Positions 10,101 through 20,300 of a stretch of 64,000 bases of DNA are shown piece after piece. Origin of the DNA: Lama guanicoe (taxonomy: Eukaryota). A model generated the notes under the pieces. That model was not told where the DNA came from, did not search any database, and was given only the letters and a program-made list of their open reading frames with translations. Each line of letters starts with the position of its first letter. The stretch's first letter is position 1. The stretch spans positions 1,947,432-2,011,431 of the forward strand of contig MU057102.1 in the NCBI GenBank assembly GCA_013239625.1. Direction: 5' to 3'. A program made the position numbers and the translations under genes.

Positions 10101-13100
10101 CAGCCTGCCTTCCCCACCAAGAGCCCGCAGGTCGCGAGGGACCTTGACTACCTGCGACCCTGGTACCATTAGCACGGTGTGGGCGGGGCCGGGGCCGGAA
10201 GGGGCGGGCCCTGCGCGGCGACTGGTCACGCCCACCGCCTTGCTTCGCGCACGCGCGCCGCCCCGTCTTGCTCTGAGCGGCAAACCGGGCGCTCCCGGGG
10301 CAAAGACTGGGACAGAGCGGTGACCCAGGGCAGGGACAGGGATGGGGACAGCACCCCGGGATAAGAATGGGGCGGGTCTTGGCGGCCTCCATGCCCAGTA
10401 CCGGGCTGAGCGCTGAGTCCCGCCTGAGTCAGGGGGCAACGGGGAGCAAAAGGGACCAAAGGACGGGGTTTACACGGGTAGGTGGGAAACACTGGGGACA
10501 CATGGGTGATGGTCAGGATAGGCATATGGGTGGGTAGATGGGTGGCGGGTGGAGCCTGGAAAGATGTGCAATGGATGATGGAGTATGGCCGGTTGGGTGG
10601 GCGGAGGCATAGATGGTGGTGGGCGGAAAAGTGGGTGGTTTGAGGGATGGTGTGGGGGTGGTGGACACTGGGGTGGGAGCAGCTCACCTGTTGGAAAAGC
10701 AGTGGGCTGCAGACACCACCCAGCAGGTGTGGACAAGGCTCCCGGCACAGAAGCTGTTCCCGACGTAGATGGCGGCCAGCCAGGGGTGCGAGCCGGGCAG
10801 CGAGGCCGAGCCGCCAGTGATGCGTGGCCGCAGGAAGCTCCTCTTCTTGTGCCTCTTGCCGCAGGTCTGGCGTCCAGCTGATCCAGCTACGGGGGGCTCA
10901 GACAGCAAGACCTCAGGGGGCGGGGGTTGAATTCTAGCCAGGGATTCTGGGAGCAGAGGTCACTAGATCACACCCCTGGGCTCCTTCCGCACACCCCAGG
11001 CCAGAGAGGGTCCTGGCTGCATTCCATGTCCTCAGGACCTGGCGGTTCACCCGCCTTCCGCCCCACCCTAGGCAGCTGCTGTGGAAGAGGGTCCAGGGTT
11101 GGGCTCAGTGCTGCCCTTGTGGGCACGTGACTTACTCTGAACCTCAGTTTCCTCATCTGCAAGATGGGGAGACCGTAATGCAGTCACGAGGCTTGGTGGG
11201 AACCAGAGTGAACTGGCATACCTGGTAGGTGTTTATGGCCCCCCAGCAGCCTGGGATCCCAGAGCCCACCCAGGATGCCCAGGACGGTCAGGGAGCCCTG
11301 GGGTCTGTGGCCAGAGGACAGGCTGGCCTCATGAAGCTGCCCACTCCCAGGGTCTGACTCCAGGGGCACCCATATTTTTCACCCCCACCTGCACTTCCCT
11401 GTTTCTGGAGGCCACCCTGCCCCTGAGACAGGTTGGGTGGGCCACCCAGAGGACCTGGTGACCAGCTTGCCCGCTCTGACCTCTGGTGCCAGCCCACTGC
11501 ATGGCCTTGGACCAGCCCTGCTCTGGGGACCCTCAGTTTCCCCCTCTCTCAGGCATGGGGGTGGGGTGAGGAGGGCCCAGGGAGTGGGGGAAACTGCGTG
11601 ACCTCAGTCGGGGCAAAGCCAGTGCCGCCCCGACCCTGCTCCTCCCGACCCTGCCGACCCCGCCCATCTGCGAACCGCAGGCGGCCAGGCGGCAGTACTC
11701 CCAGGAGAGCGTGCTGTCCTTCACCACGTAGCACCAGGGCCTCTCGTCCTTGTCTGGGTTCCTGGACGCAGGGGAGTCGCAGGGCCCCTCAGTGGCGGTG
11801 GGGCTCCTGACGTCCCCAGCAGCGCTCGCTCATTCTGCAGATGGTTCTGTTCCTCAGCCCACACTCCTCTCACTGGGACAGCCGCCCAGCAATGGGGGTC
11901 AGGACCCCAGGGACAGGCCTGGTCAGGAAGACCTCCCCCCAGGACAGACCCTGCCCGCCCTGGAGGAGGTGGCCTAGAGCGGGCTGGGCTGGTGCTGACC
12001 GGCAGTAAGCGTGGGGACCCAGGCCGAGCAGGGCCGCGGCGCCCACGGAGTCCGCGTGCAGCTCCTGGTAGAGCAGGTCGGAGTTCCAGGCCAGGCAGCT
12101 GAGGCCCGAGGCTGCCGTGCCTGCCACGCCTCGGTAGTCGGTGCCGCTCCCCCGGAAGCAGTGCTGGGCGGGCGCTGGGGGCGGGACCGCATGCAGTGAG
12201 CCTGGGCCCCAGACGCAGGCCCGGAGGCCGGCCCACGCAGCTCCAGAGGCTGAGCGACTCACCAATGTCACAGAGCCGCCCGGTGTGGCCCGGGGGGCAG
12301 GCACACACGGTGGTCCCGGTGGCCACAATCAGGTGGCAGGTGCCCCCATTCAAGCATGGGCTGCTCAGGCAAGCTGGGGCAGGGCTCAGAAGCTAGGCCT
12401 TGGGCCTCAGGGGTGGGATCAGCACCCGGTCCCCACCCCTGGTGCCCATCACCGGGTGGCCCTGGACCAGCCCCTTCCCCTGGGTTGGGAGGCCAGTGAC
12501 GTTGCCCCGCCCTACCCAAGCCACGCGTACCTGTGTGGCGGGAGCCCTCGCACCGAACCTGGCCCCCCGCGCACGTGCACTGTTCCACTCGGCCCTGGTG
12601 CACGTGGGCCCAGCGATCGCCTTCCTCCAGGTAATCATGGTGGCTTTCATCAAAGCATTTCTCTGGGGGTGGCACAGTGAGTCCCTGCTCCCGGCATGGG
12701 GCAGTGCCCTCCTGCCCTGCAGCCCCGTGGTCCTGCGGCCCCACTCACCCGTGCCACAGTCCTTGCCCGTGAAGGCCACGGGGCAGGTGCAGTGGTACGA
12801 CTCAGGGCCCTGGGTGCTCGAGCACAAGCCCCCGTTAAGACAGGGGCCAGAGGCACAGGGGTCCAGGGTAGCTGGGGACACGCAGGAGGGAGGGGTGCGT
12901 CTGAGAGCCCAGGCAGTCTTTGTGCCCCAACCCCACGCCGTGACTCTCCCAGCTTGCCATGGGCCCACAGTCCTGCCGTCGAGCCTGCTGCCTTAAAGCT
13001 GCCCCTTCTGGGTTCCTTGTGATGTGCGTGCTCTGGGAGGGGATACAGACCTCCCCCTCCTCGCCACAAGCCCTGCCCAGCACTCAGACCCTGGGCAAGT

Positions 13101-14979
13101 GGGCTTCTGGCTCAGCACCAGGCACCCTGAAAGCCCGACCCCCCCCAGCAGATAGCAGGGTCCCTTCTGAGTGCCCTGGGACCCTTAAAGCAGGGCTGCC
13201 AGCACTACACTCTGCAAACCACCGGGCCCTTCCCTTGTCCAGGGCTCTTCCCATGTGGCCACAGGGCCCAGCTTGACCACCAGGGGGCACCTTGGACCCA
13301 GCAATGGCCAAAGCAGCTAGCTGTAGGGCCCCTGGAGAGGGCAGGGTCCTTGGGCGGGGTGAGGGGGGTGGTGTTTCCCTCTCCCGCAGTCCCCCAGGCT
13401 GATGACTCCTCCAGCCCCTGAGGCCTGCAGTAGGATCAACCCCTAAGTCCCCTCCTGTATTCCAGGCAGGACCCCCCCACCTCCCCCAGTCAGCTCTGAC
13501 GCCCCCCCAAGCTCAGCCCCGCCCAGCCCCGCCCCCTTGTAGCCTGGGCTCAGGCCCCACACCCCGGGGCACCCACCTGGGCCCTCCCGCGGCGGGGAGG
13601 TCTGCACACAATAGCCCCAGGCCCTGTCCCGGTCATAGTTGTGAGTCGTGGCACACCTGGGGGTGGTGCGTGCCATGATGTGGGGGTCCCAGGCCAGAGA
13701 CCTGTCCATTCCAAACCCGACTCACACAGGGCACCCCTCTGACAACTCTGGAGCTCTCTCCCGTTCATTCATTCATTCATTCATTCACGACACCTGCTGT
13801 GTGCCAGGCTCGGTCTGGAATAGGGAGGGCAGAGGGGGGAGGGTCTCCAGGGTGGACACAGGGCAGGGGACCAGGACCCACCACTTCCTGTGGGCACTTC
13901 CCTCCGAAGTGCAGGAGTGGAGCATGCGGCCGCCGTAGCGGAAGGGGAACCTGCAGGGCTGCCCGGCCTCGGTGAGCACTGCTGGGAAGGCACAGGGGTC
14001 AAGGGCTCCTGCGCTGGGCGCTGCCTGACCCCCATCACATGCCCCACTCCCCAGGGGCTGCCCATGTTCCTCCAGAAACCCTCCCCCGCATCTAGGTGTA
14101 GCCTGCCACCTCCTCCAGGAAGCCCTCCTGACCCACCTGTGCCCCCAGGGCTGCTGTTGGAGGGGGCTGCCCTGGACAGCGGGCTAAGCTCCCCACCATG
14201 GGGTCCCTCTGCCTTTGGAGCTCTCATGGCTGGGATTCTGGGGGTCCCCGAGGTTACAGGGATGATAGGAGTCTCAGAAGTCACTGTGGTACTTTGTTCT
14301 GGGGGTTCCGTTTGGTTCTAGAAGAGCCGAGAGGTTGTGATGGGGTCAGTGTGGGATGGGCACCCTGCACACTCAGGCCCTGCCAGTGGGCTGATGGCAG
14401 CCCCGGGCCTCTGCTTCCATATGGGGGCCCTCAGGTCTTGAAGCAGGGAACAGGGGACACTGGCTGTCCCAAGGCCTCAGCTGGGCCCTGTGCCCCCGAC
14501 CCTCCCAGAGCCCAAGGAGTCAGACTGAGCTGACTTGGGATCTGCCAGGCCAGCACCATCGCCCTCCGGGCTCACACTCTGGGGGCCTGTTCTGGGGACA
14601 GACAAGACCAGCTGTGAGAATCTCAGAGGCCCCCTGCCCCCCACATCGAACACTTGGCCCCAGCAGAGGCCCAGAGAGAGGGGAACAGCCCACATCCCTG
14701 GGTGGAGGTCCAGCAAATTGTACCCCCAGCCCCTGTCCCCTAGGCCAGCCCAGCACGCCCAGCTTGCCCCCTGGCCGGCTTCCACCCACTCCACGCCCCT
14801 GCCCAGGCCTCAGCCCTAGGACCTGGGGTGGGCCCAGGAGCCCATGGTCACAGTGCGGTCGGGGCAGTGCTCACCCTGCCCGCCTGGGGCTGAGCCCCGC
14901 GAGGCACCAGCAGCAGCAGCAGCAGCAGGGGCAGCCCAGGTAGGGGGCAGGGGCTGGGGACCCAGGCCCAGCTCCCCAT
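6933..14979 (-). CDS. HGFAC: Hepatocyte growth factor activator, complete 14-exon gene (653 aa)
   Basis: Exon lengths 105+181+97+80+123+132+111+175+86+259+140+141+149+183=1962 nt, phases consistent, all GT-AG. Signal peptide, FN2, EGF, FN1, EGF, kringle, activation site RPR|ITGG, catalytic motifs AAHC / DHDL / GDSGG. Confidence 0.98.
7690..7800 (+). mobile_element. MIR fragment (HGFAC intron 13)
   Basis: GCTGTATGACCTGGG...GCCTCAGTTTCCCCACCTATAAGATGGGG resembles the MIR core. Confidence 0.65.
8167..8315 (-). CDS. HGFAC: HGFAC exon 13
   Basis: (N)[16 protein letters not shown]...CRSDACQ; cagcag| acceptor, donor CAG|GTGAGC. Confidence 0.95.
8411..8551 (-). CDS. HGFAC: HGFAC exon 12
   Basis: (V)[24 protein letters not shown]...GWGHQDE; donor A|GTGAGT. 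Confidence 0.95.
9024..9163 (-). CDS. HGFAC: HGFAC exon 11 (catalytic Asp)
   Basis: [19 protein letters not shown]...FNPSDHDL; donor G|GTGAGA. Confidence 0.95.
10480..10680. repeat. Degenerate GGRT-rich low-complexity repeat
   Basis: Runs of gggt/ggat/ggtg immediately downstream of the HGFAC exon 10 donor. Confidence 0.6.
10688..10946 (-). CDS. HGFAC: HGFAC exon 10 (activation site, catalytic His)
   Basis: (E)SLARIQ...[18 protein letters not shown]...[10 protein letters not shown]; donor AG|GTGAGC. Confidence 0.95.
11125..11180 (+). mobile_element. MIR core fragment (HGFAC intron 9)
   Basis: CTCTGAACCTCAGTTTCCTCATCTGCAAGATGGGG. Confidence 0.65.
11676..11761 (-). CDS. HGFAC: HGFAC exon 9 (kringle, second half)
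   Basis: [28 protein letters not shown]; donor G|GTTCGC. Confidence 0.93.
12000..12174 (-). CDS. HGFAC: HGFAC exon 8 (kringle, first half)
   Basis: [15 protein letters not shown]...LGPHAYC(R); donor CG|GTCAGC. Confidence 0.94.
12263..12373 (-). CDS. HGFAC: HGFAC exon 7 (EGF-2)
   Basis: [36 protein letters not shown]; donor G|GTGAGT. Confidence 0.95.
12531..12662 (-). CDS. HGFAC: HGFAC exon 6 (FN1)
   Basis: (E)[17 protein letters not shown]...CEGSRHT; donor G|GTACGC. Confidence 0.94.
12749..12871 (-). CDS. HGFAC: HGFAC exon 5 (EGF-1)
   Basis: [16 protein letters not shown]...FTGKDCGT; donor G|GTGAGT. Confidence 0.95.
13274..13292 (+). promoter_or_regulatory. CTCF-like motif in HGFAC intron 4
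   Basis: TGACCACCAGGGGGCACCT fits the CTCF core CCASYAGRKGGCRS. Confidence 0.6.
13577..13656 (-). CDS. HGFAC: HGFAC exon 4 (FN2, second half)
   Basis: (W)[26 protein letters not shown]; donor G|GTGGGT. Confidence 0.95.
13764..13820 (-). mobile_element. L2 3'-tail relic with (TTCA)6
   Basis: (TTCA)6 at 13764-13787 followed by CACCTGCTGTGTGCCAGGC, a typical reverse L2 end. Confidence 0.6.
13882..13978 (-). CDS. HGFAC: HGFAC exon 3 (FN2, first half)
   Basis: [31 protein letters not shown](W); donor TG|GTGGGT. Confidence 0.95.
14137..14317 (-). CDS. HGFAC: HGFAC exon 2 (Ser/Thr/Pro-rich pro-region)
   Basis: Acceptor ctcttctag|AAC; [17 protein letters not shown]...SSPGGT; donor G|GTGGGT; phase fits. 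Confidence 0.9.
14875..14979 (-). CDS. HGFAC: HGFAC exon 1 coding part (signal peptide)
   Basis: gccATGG Kozak; [35 protein letters not shown] with (CTG)7; donor AGG|GTGAGC. Confidence 0.95.
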
Positions 14980-15042
14980 GGCTCCTCCTGAACTGGCGGG
15001 AGGAGCAACAGGCAGAAGCAGAGCAGCCAGGGCAGGTGGGGG

Positions 15043-15097
15043 TCAAGGCCACCTAGAAATGATTAACCCCAGCTGCCGCCCATGCCAGGCCCACATG
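15043..15097. promoter_or_regulatory. HGFAC proximal promoter: NR5A-like TCAAGGCCA, HNF1-like GTTAATCATTTCT, ChoRE-like CATGCC-n5-CACATG
   Basis: Motifs at 15043-15051, 15055-15067 and 15081-15097, 64-118 nt upstream of the ATG of a liver-expressed gene. Confidence 0.65.
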
Positions 15098-16863
15098 TCC
15101 CCTACATCTGCTGCCCAGCTCACCCTGCCTGACCTAGCTGTCCCCTCTGGCCTCAGCCATGCTGGTCCTGAACCTTACAGTGTCTTCGAGTCTCAGCTTA
15201 GAAGCCTCCTCCAGGAAGTCTTCCAGGGTTACATGGCAGGAAGCGGTCTGGACTCCCAGCCCCAGCTTCTGATTCCCACCTGGGTGCAGGGCTGGCCACT
15301 AATTGTTCACAACCAGAGCAGTTACAGGTGCTGAGCCCTTCGGAGGGCCGGGCCTGGAGGATGGAGTGGCCCCTGGCCAGCAAAAGGCCAGGCACAGAGA
15401 AGAGGGTGTGTACACCGGCTGAGTATCACAAACAACGTCCGCAGGATAGGCACCTCTGCCGCCTTCTCCACAGTGCTTCTGCCTGTCCCCTCCCAGGATG
15501 AGCTGGGTGGGACCTCCTATGGGAGTAGAGCCCCGTCTGCTGCCCTAGCTCAGGGGTGCCCAGGAGTACCCCCCACGCCATTGCTCCCCAACCCCCGGCT
15601 CCAGGACTCCCATGGCCCTGGGCTTCCTCGTCACAGCCTGGACCACCTGTGCCGTCCCCTCAATCTGTCCCACTCTGCCTGGCATCCCATCCCAAGCCCT
15701 GGCCAGGCACCTGGGGGCCACCCAGGGATGCAGAGGCCTGGCTTGGGGGTCCTACTTAGGTCTGGATGTGCCTTGCTCCACATGTCTGTGAATGGGGATG
15801 GGGTATTGCCCCCTGGACACGGCTGCAGTCATCCCCGACCCAGCCCTAGAGTTCATGACTGGGGCTGTGGACAGAGCTATTGTGGGAACCTCTTCTGTGA
15901 TTTCCAAGTGGCCACGGAGGTGGGGGTTCCCTGGGCCCCCACTAGTCAGCTCCACTGCCTGCACGGGGACACTGCAGCTGCCTCACTGGTCACAATCCCT
16001 CTGGGCCCCTATTTCCCCGTCTGTGTAGACGGAGGGAGTGCAGAAGCTGAGCAGGGCCCCAGCTTGGCATGCAGTGGGTGCTGGGCCCCTCCCTTCCATT
16101 CAGACGCCTCCCCTGGGCCCCTGCTCAGCACACAGCTCCCCGGAAGCATCCAGAACAAACTCTGCGGCCTGGGGCACTCATGCTGAAGGCCCTCTCTGAG
16201 AAGCCTGACATGTGTGACAAGACTGCCCCCCAACTCAGAGGAGGAAGGAGTGCAGGCGGCCCTCAGCTCTTAGTGTTGGGGTTCCACCGTGGCACCTGGG
16301 CCAGAGCGCCATCTCTGTCCGCTACAACCCAGCACCCCGCCATGGCCCTGCCTGCTGGCCTGCCTGCCACCCCGGCCCCTCCTGACTCGCTCAAGCCTCA
16401 GGGCCTTTGCACAGGCTGAGGCTCTTCCCCACCCCTCCTCAGCGGGGCAGTCAGGTTTCCCCTGAGATGTCCCTCCATGGACAAGCCCTGCCACACCACC
16501 CCTCTAAATGCGGCCAAGGGCGAAAGGACAGGGCAGGGTGGCCTAGACGACCCCCAGGGCAAGCCCTGCCCCCACCGGCAGCCACGCCGGGGAGGAGAGC
16601 CTGCACTGACCTGCGGGACGTGGTGCGAGTGGGCAAGCCCGGGCCTTGACCCGGCAGAGCCATGTCCCGCTGCCTGCAGGCTAGGCCTTTCCTGTCAGGT
16701 CGGCCTTCTTTCTTTGCCACCTTTGACTTCACCACCCAGAGCCCCTTTTCTCCCCGCCCCTCTTCCGATGCGTGCACGCGCCCCATGGGGGCACGGCTCT
16801 CCGAGGGCGGGGTCTGCGCCCAGTTCCCAGCACGAGGCCGACGCTCCAGGTCCTCAAAGACAC

Positions 16864-16869
16864 TTTATT
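16864..16869 (-). terminator. RGS12 distal (long isoform) polyadenylation signal AATAAA
   Basis: tttatt on + strand, about 250 nt after the last-exon stop. Confidence 0.8.
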
Positions 16870-17121
16870 GAGGGAAGGCCGGACGCCGAGTGGCGGCAGC
16901 AGGCAGGCGCCGAGCAGCCCTCTGGGCCAACCTTGGCGATTGTCCGAGCCCGGGCCCCTCTGCCCTCTCCTGGTTCGGCTCTCGAAGGCGTGGTGGCCGA
17001 GGAGGCCCAGGCGGGCGTAGGCTGCCCCCAAGGGATCCTGTTCTCCACGTGTACGGCCAGCAGGGCAGCTCAGGCACAGGGGCAGGAGGGGTGGCCTTCA
17101 GGGACAGGTCCGCAGGCAGCC

Positions 17122-17348
17122 TCAGACGAAGGTTGCGTGGTGTGGGCTGGCCTTGGGCTTAGCAGGCCCACCCCGGACAGGGCTCAGGCCAGGGTGGTCT
17201 GATGTTGAGGCCCTGCTGGCCCGTGATCTCCGGGGGCCTGTCCGTACCCCTGGAATGCTGCTGCCCAGCCCAGAAGCTGAGCCAGTGACACCGTCCACGT
17301 CGATGATCGAGTTGACCTGGGGGCCTCGGCTGCTTCGGGCCCCACCTC
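17122..17348 (-). CDS. RGS12: RGS12 last exon of the long isoform (PDZ-binding motif ATFV)
   Basis: Acceptor ctctcttctccctgtgacag|GA; ...VNSIIDVD...[12 protein letters not shown]. Confidence 0.93.
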
Positions 17349-20300
17349 CTGTCACAGGGAGAAGAGAGAGGCTGTCACCTGTTGGCCCGCCCTGGGCTCT
17401 GGAAGCTGCCCATCCCCCTCCTCCCACAGGTGCTGTCAAGGGGTTCCTGAAGCACCCAGATGCGTCCCAGGGGTAGGCAGCCTCCAACCTCGGGCCCCTC
17501 AGCCTGGCGCAGGCGTGTGGAGAGGGTGGGCCAGCAGCATGGCTGGCTGCAGGCTGCCAGCCTTGAGCCTCTGGTTACACAAGCCGGCGGCCCCTCCTGG
17601 GCCCCACCGTGTGCCCAGCAGTGGGGCGCCCTCTGCAGACACCCCATGCAACGAGGAGGGTCCGGTCCAGTCAGGACAGAGGGGGATGGCTCACCAACTT
17701 GGGCGCCGTCTGCCCAGCCAGGTCTCCCCTTGGGGGAGCTCAAAACTGAGTCAGCACCTGAGCCCCGGCAATGCCCCAGAGGCCACCCCACCTCCTCCTG
17801 ACCCTCCCCAGGGGCGTCAGGGTGACTGAGCTGCCCTCCCGGGGGCTGTGAGTGGGGGCTATGCGCCCGGGTGTGGGCTGCGTTGCAGGAATGAGGGCTC
17901 CATGCCTGGGGGTGGGGGAGGGGCTGGGATAAGAGGTCCCAGGTCCCTCAGAGGGACGCAGTTGCCTCTGGGGTGGGGTTTGGGCACCTGGGAGCAGGGT
18001 GTGGGAACTTCTCACGAGAGCCCCCCAGCCCCACCTCACCCATGCCCAGCAGGCCCCGTGCGGCCCATCCACCCCACCCCCACTGCGGCTCAGGAACAGA
18101 GCTGGGCCCCCTTCGCTCCTCCACAGGGGGCTGTCTGCAGAGGCAGTAAGTGGCGTGAGACCCTCTGTCATGACAGGTTACAGGGGCACCCCTTTCTGGG
18201 CTTGTGGGGAGGACCAGGGCCCTCGCCAGGCCCCTCGGTCTCCACCCACAGGCCTCACTAACAGGCCCCTTGGAAGGCTGTAGCTCCCAGGCCAGGGTAA
18301 GGCAGAGCCTGGGCCAGGCCTCCAGCCCCCCAGGGCCCTCTTACCCCACCAGTGCGGTGGCCCACCTGCCTGATGCCTGGGCCCACATCCTCCGCCTCCC
18401 AGACTCTGAATCCTCCCCAGGCCCTCCTCCACACAGTCCAGCCCCACCGCCAACACCATGAGCCAAGTGCCCCTTCCTCCACCCCAGCCCCTCTTCCAGG
18501 TCCTCAGTGGTCGGCCAGGCCTCTGCCTCCAAGCCCCCACCTCACCCCCAGGAATTCCCAGGCTGCCTGAAACTGCCCTGGAAGCTTCTAGACCCTGGGG
18601 TGGTCAGCCTCACCTCCCTGCCCACCACCCCCAGGAGGCCCATCTGTCTCAGAGCCATCACTGCTCTGGTCCCAGGTGGGGCCCCTGGAGGACAGAGGTG
18701 CAGCCCCCAGGACCCAGTGAAGGGAGGGCGCAGGGGGGCCTGGCAAGTGCCCACAGCCTCAGTCCCTCAGTGTGCTCCTCAGGCCACTCCCAGAACAGCG
18801 CCACCTGGGTTAGGACCACGGGCGGGGTGCCAGGCCCTAGTCTGTCCAGGTGTGGGCGGGAGCCCAGAGTACCTGGGGGGTGTCCTCGGTGAGCCTGGCT
18901 CCCAGGACCCTCAGGCGCCTGTGGGGGGCCCAGCCATGGCCCCCAGGGACACGGCGTCCTGCCACTGGCTGCCCCTCCCTGGGTGTCAGCTGCCTGGTCT
19001 TGCTGGTGGAGGTGAAGGCCCTGCTCCCTCCATGGGTCCGAGGCCTACAAGCGAAATTGAGGACAACCATGGGGGTCAGGAGCTGCTTCGGGGCCCCCGG
19101 CACCCCTGAGGAGAGTCTCAGCCTGCAGGCCGAGGCCCGTGGTCCCCTCTGACCTAACCGGACCAAATCTGTCCGAGGCCCGGCAGAAGGGCCTCTCACC
19201 CGCTTCCTTCCCCAGCGCGTACGCACCGGGGCCTCACACAGGGCTGCTCAGGCCACGTGGGTCCTATTGGACAGGTCCGATGGCTGTGGAGCAGTGGGAG
19301 GGGTTTTCAGGAAAAGCTGCCTCTTTTGAGTTCCAAGGGTCCACATGAACAGCTGTGACTAGAAGCTTCTTCCAGGCAGTCCTTTAGTCATTCAACAAAC
19401 ATCCTGCTAAGGCCTGCCGGGACCTACCCTGTCCCCTGCTTGTTGCTGGGTTCTGAGGCCCAGGAGATGATGGGGTGGGGCTGGTCTTCCCTTGAATTCC
19501 AGGCCATGTGGAGAGTCAGGGCTTTGCCCCTCAATCGTTTGTCCCCATTTGGGGCATCTGTCTGGAGCATTCAGAGGCCTGCAGTCCCATGTGTGTTCAG
19601 GGTCACGGCCCTCTCCTGTCCTGCCCCTTTGGACTCCTGGGAAGACAGAGGCCTGCAGGAGACGGGGACAGCTCAGTGGGCTCAGGATGGCGAGGGACGC
19701 CTGCTTCTGGGGACAGGAGGCTTGCCCACAGGCTAATGACCTGCATGTCACAGGGAGGGTGGCAGCGGTCCAGGCCCTTCCTGCCTGCCCACCCACACTT
19801 GCTCTCCTGAGGAAGTGGCATACCCAAGCTGGTGACTTAGTAGCAGGGCCCAACCCCGTGCAGCAGGCGGGTGTCACGGCCTCTCAGGCTGCCCTGATTA
19901 TTTGGGGGCCTCATGCCACACTGACACAGTGTCCAGTGTCCCCAAAGACGTGTCCAGTTAGCAGAGCAGTGAGGAGCCCTCAGCCCACTTCGCAGCCGTT
20001 ACGGTAGCTCTCCCGCTCGCTTGCCCACGGCCCACCTGCCAGGGGTCACTGTAACCTAGTAACTTGGTTTCCATGGGAATGAGGGGAGCCCTCTGCAGAC
20101 ACCCCATGCAATGAGGAGGGTCCAGTCCAGTTGGGACAGTGGGGATGGCTCACCCACTTGGAAGCCGTCCACCCAGCCAGGGTTCCCCTTGGGGGAGCTC
20201 AAGACACCACAGACCCTACCCCTCTGGCAGACCAAATTCTGTGGTTCTGACTCTCTGGAGCCCCCATCATAATCGGGACCTCAAAGGTCCCTCCCAAGAG

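Noticed and set aside
14908-14928. (CAG)7 as a polyglutamine repeat
   Set aside because: It is the (CTG)7 poly-Leu core of the HGFAC signal peptide on the minus strand.
6933-14979. HGFAC pseudogenisation or misidentification as F12
   Set aside because: All exons are in phase, the catalytic triad is intact and there are no stops; sequence and synteny with RGS12/DOK7 indicate HGFAC.
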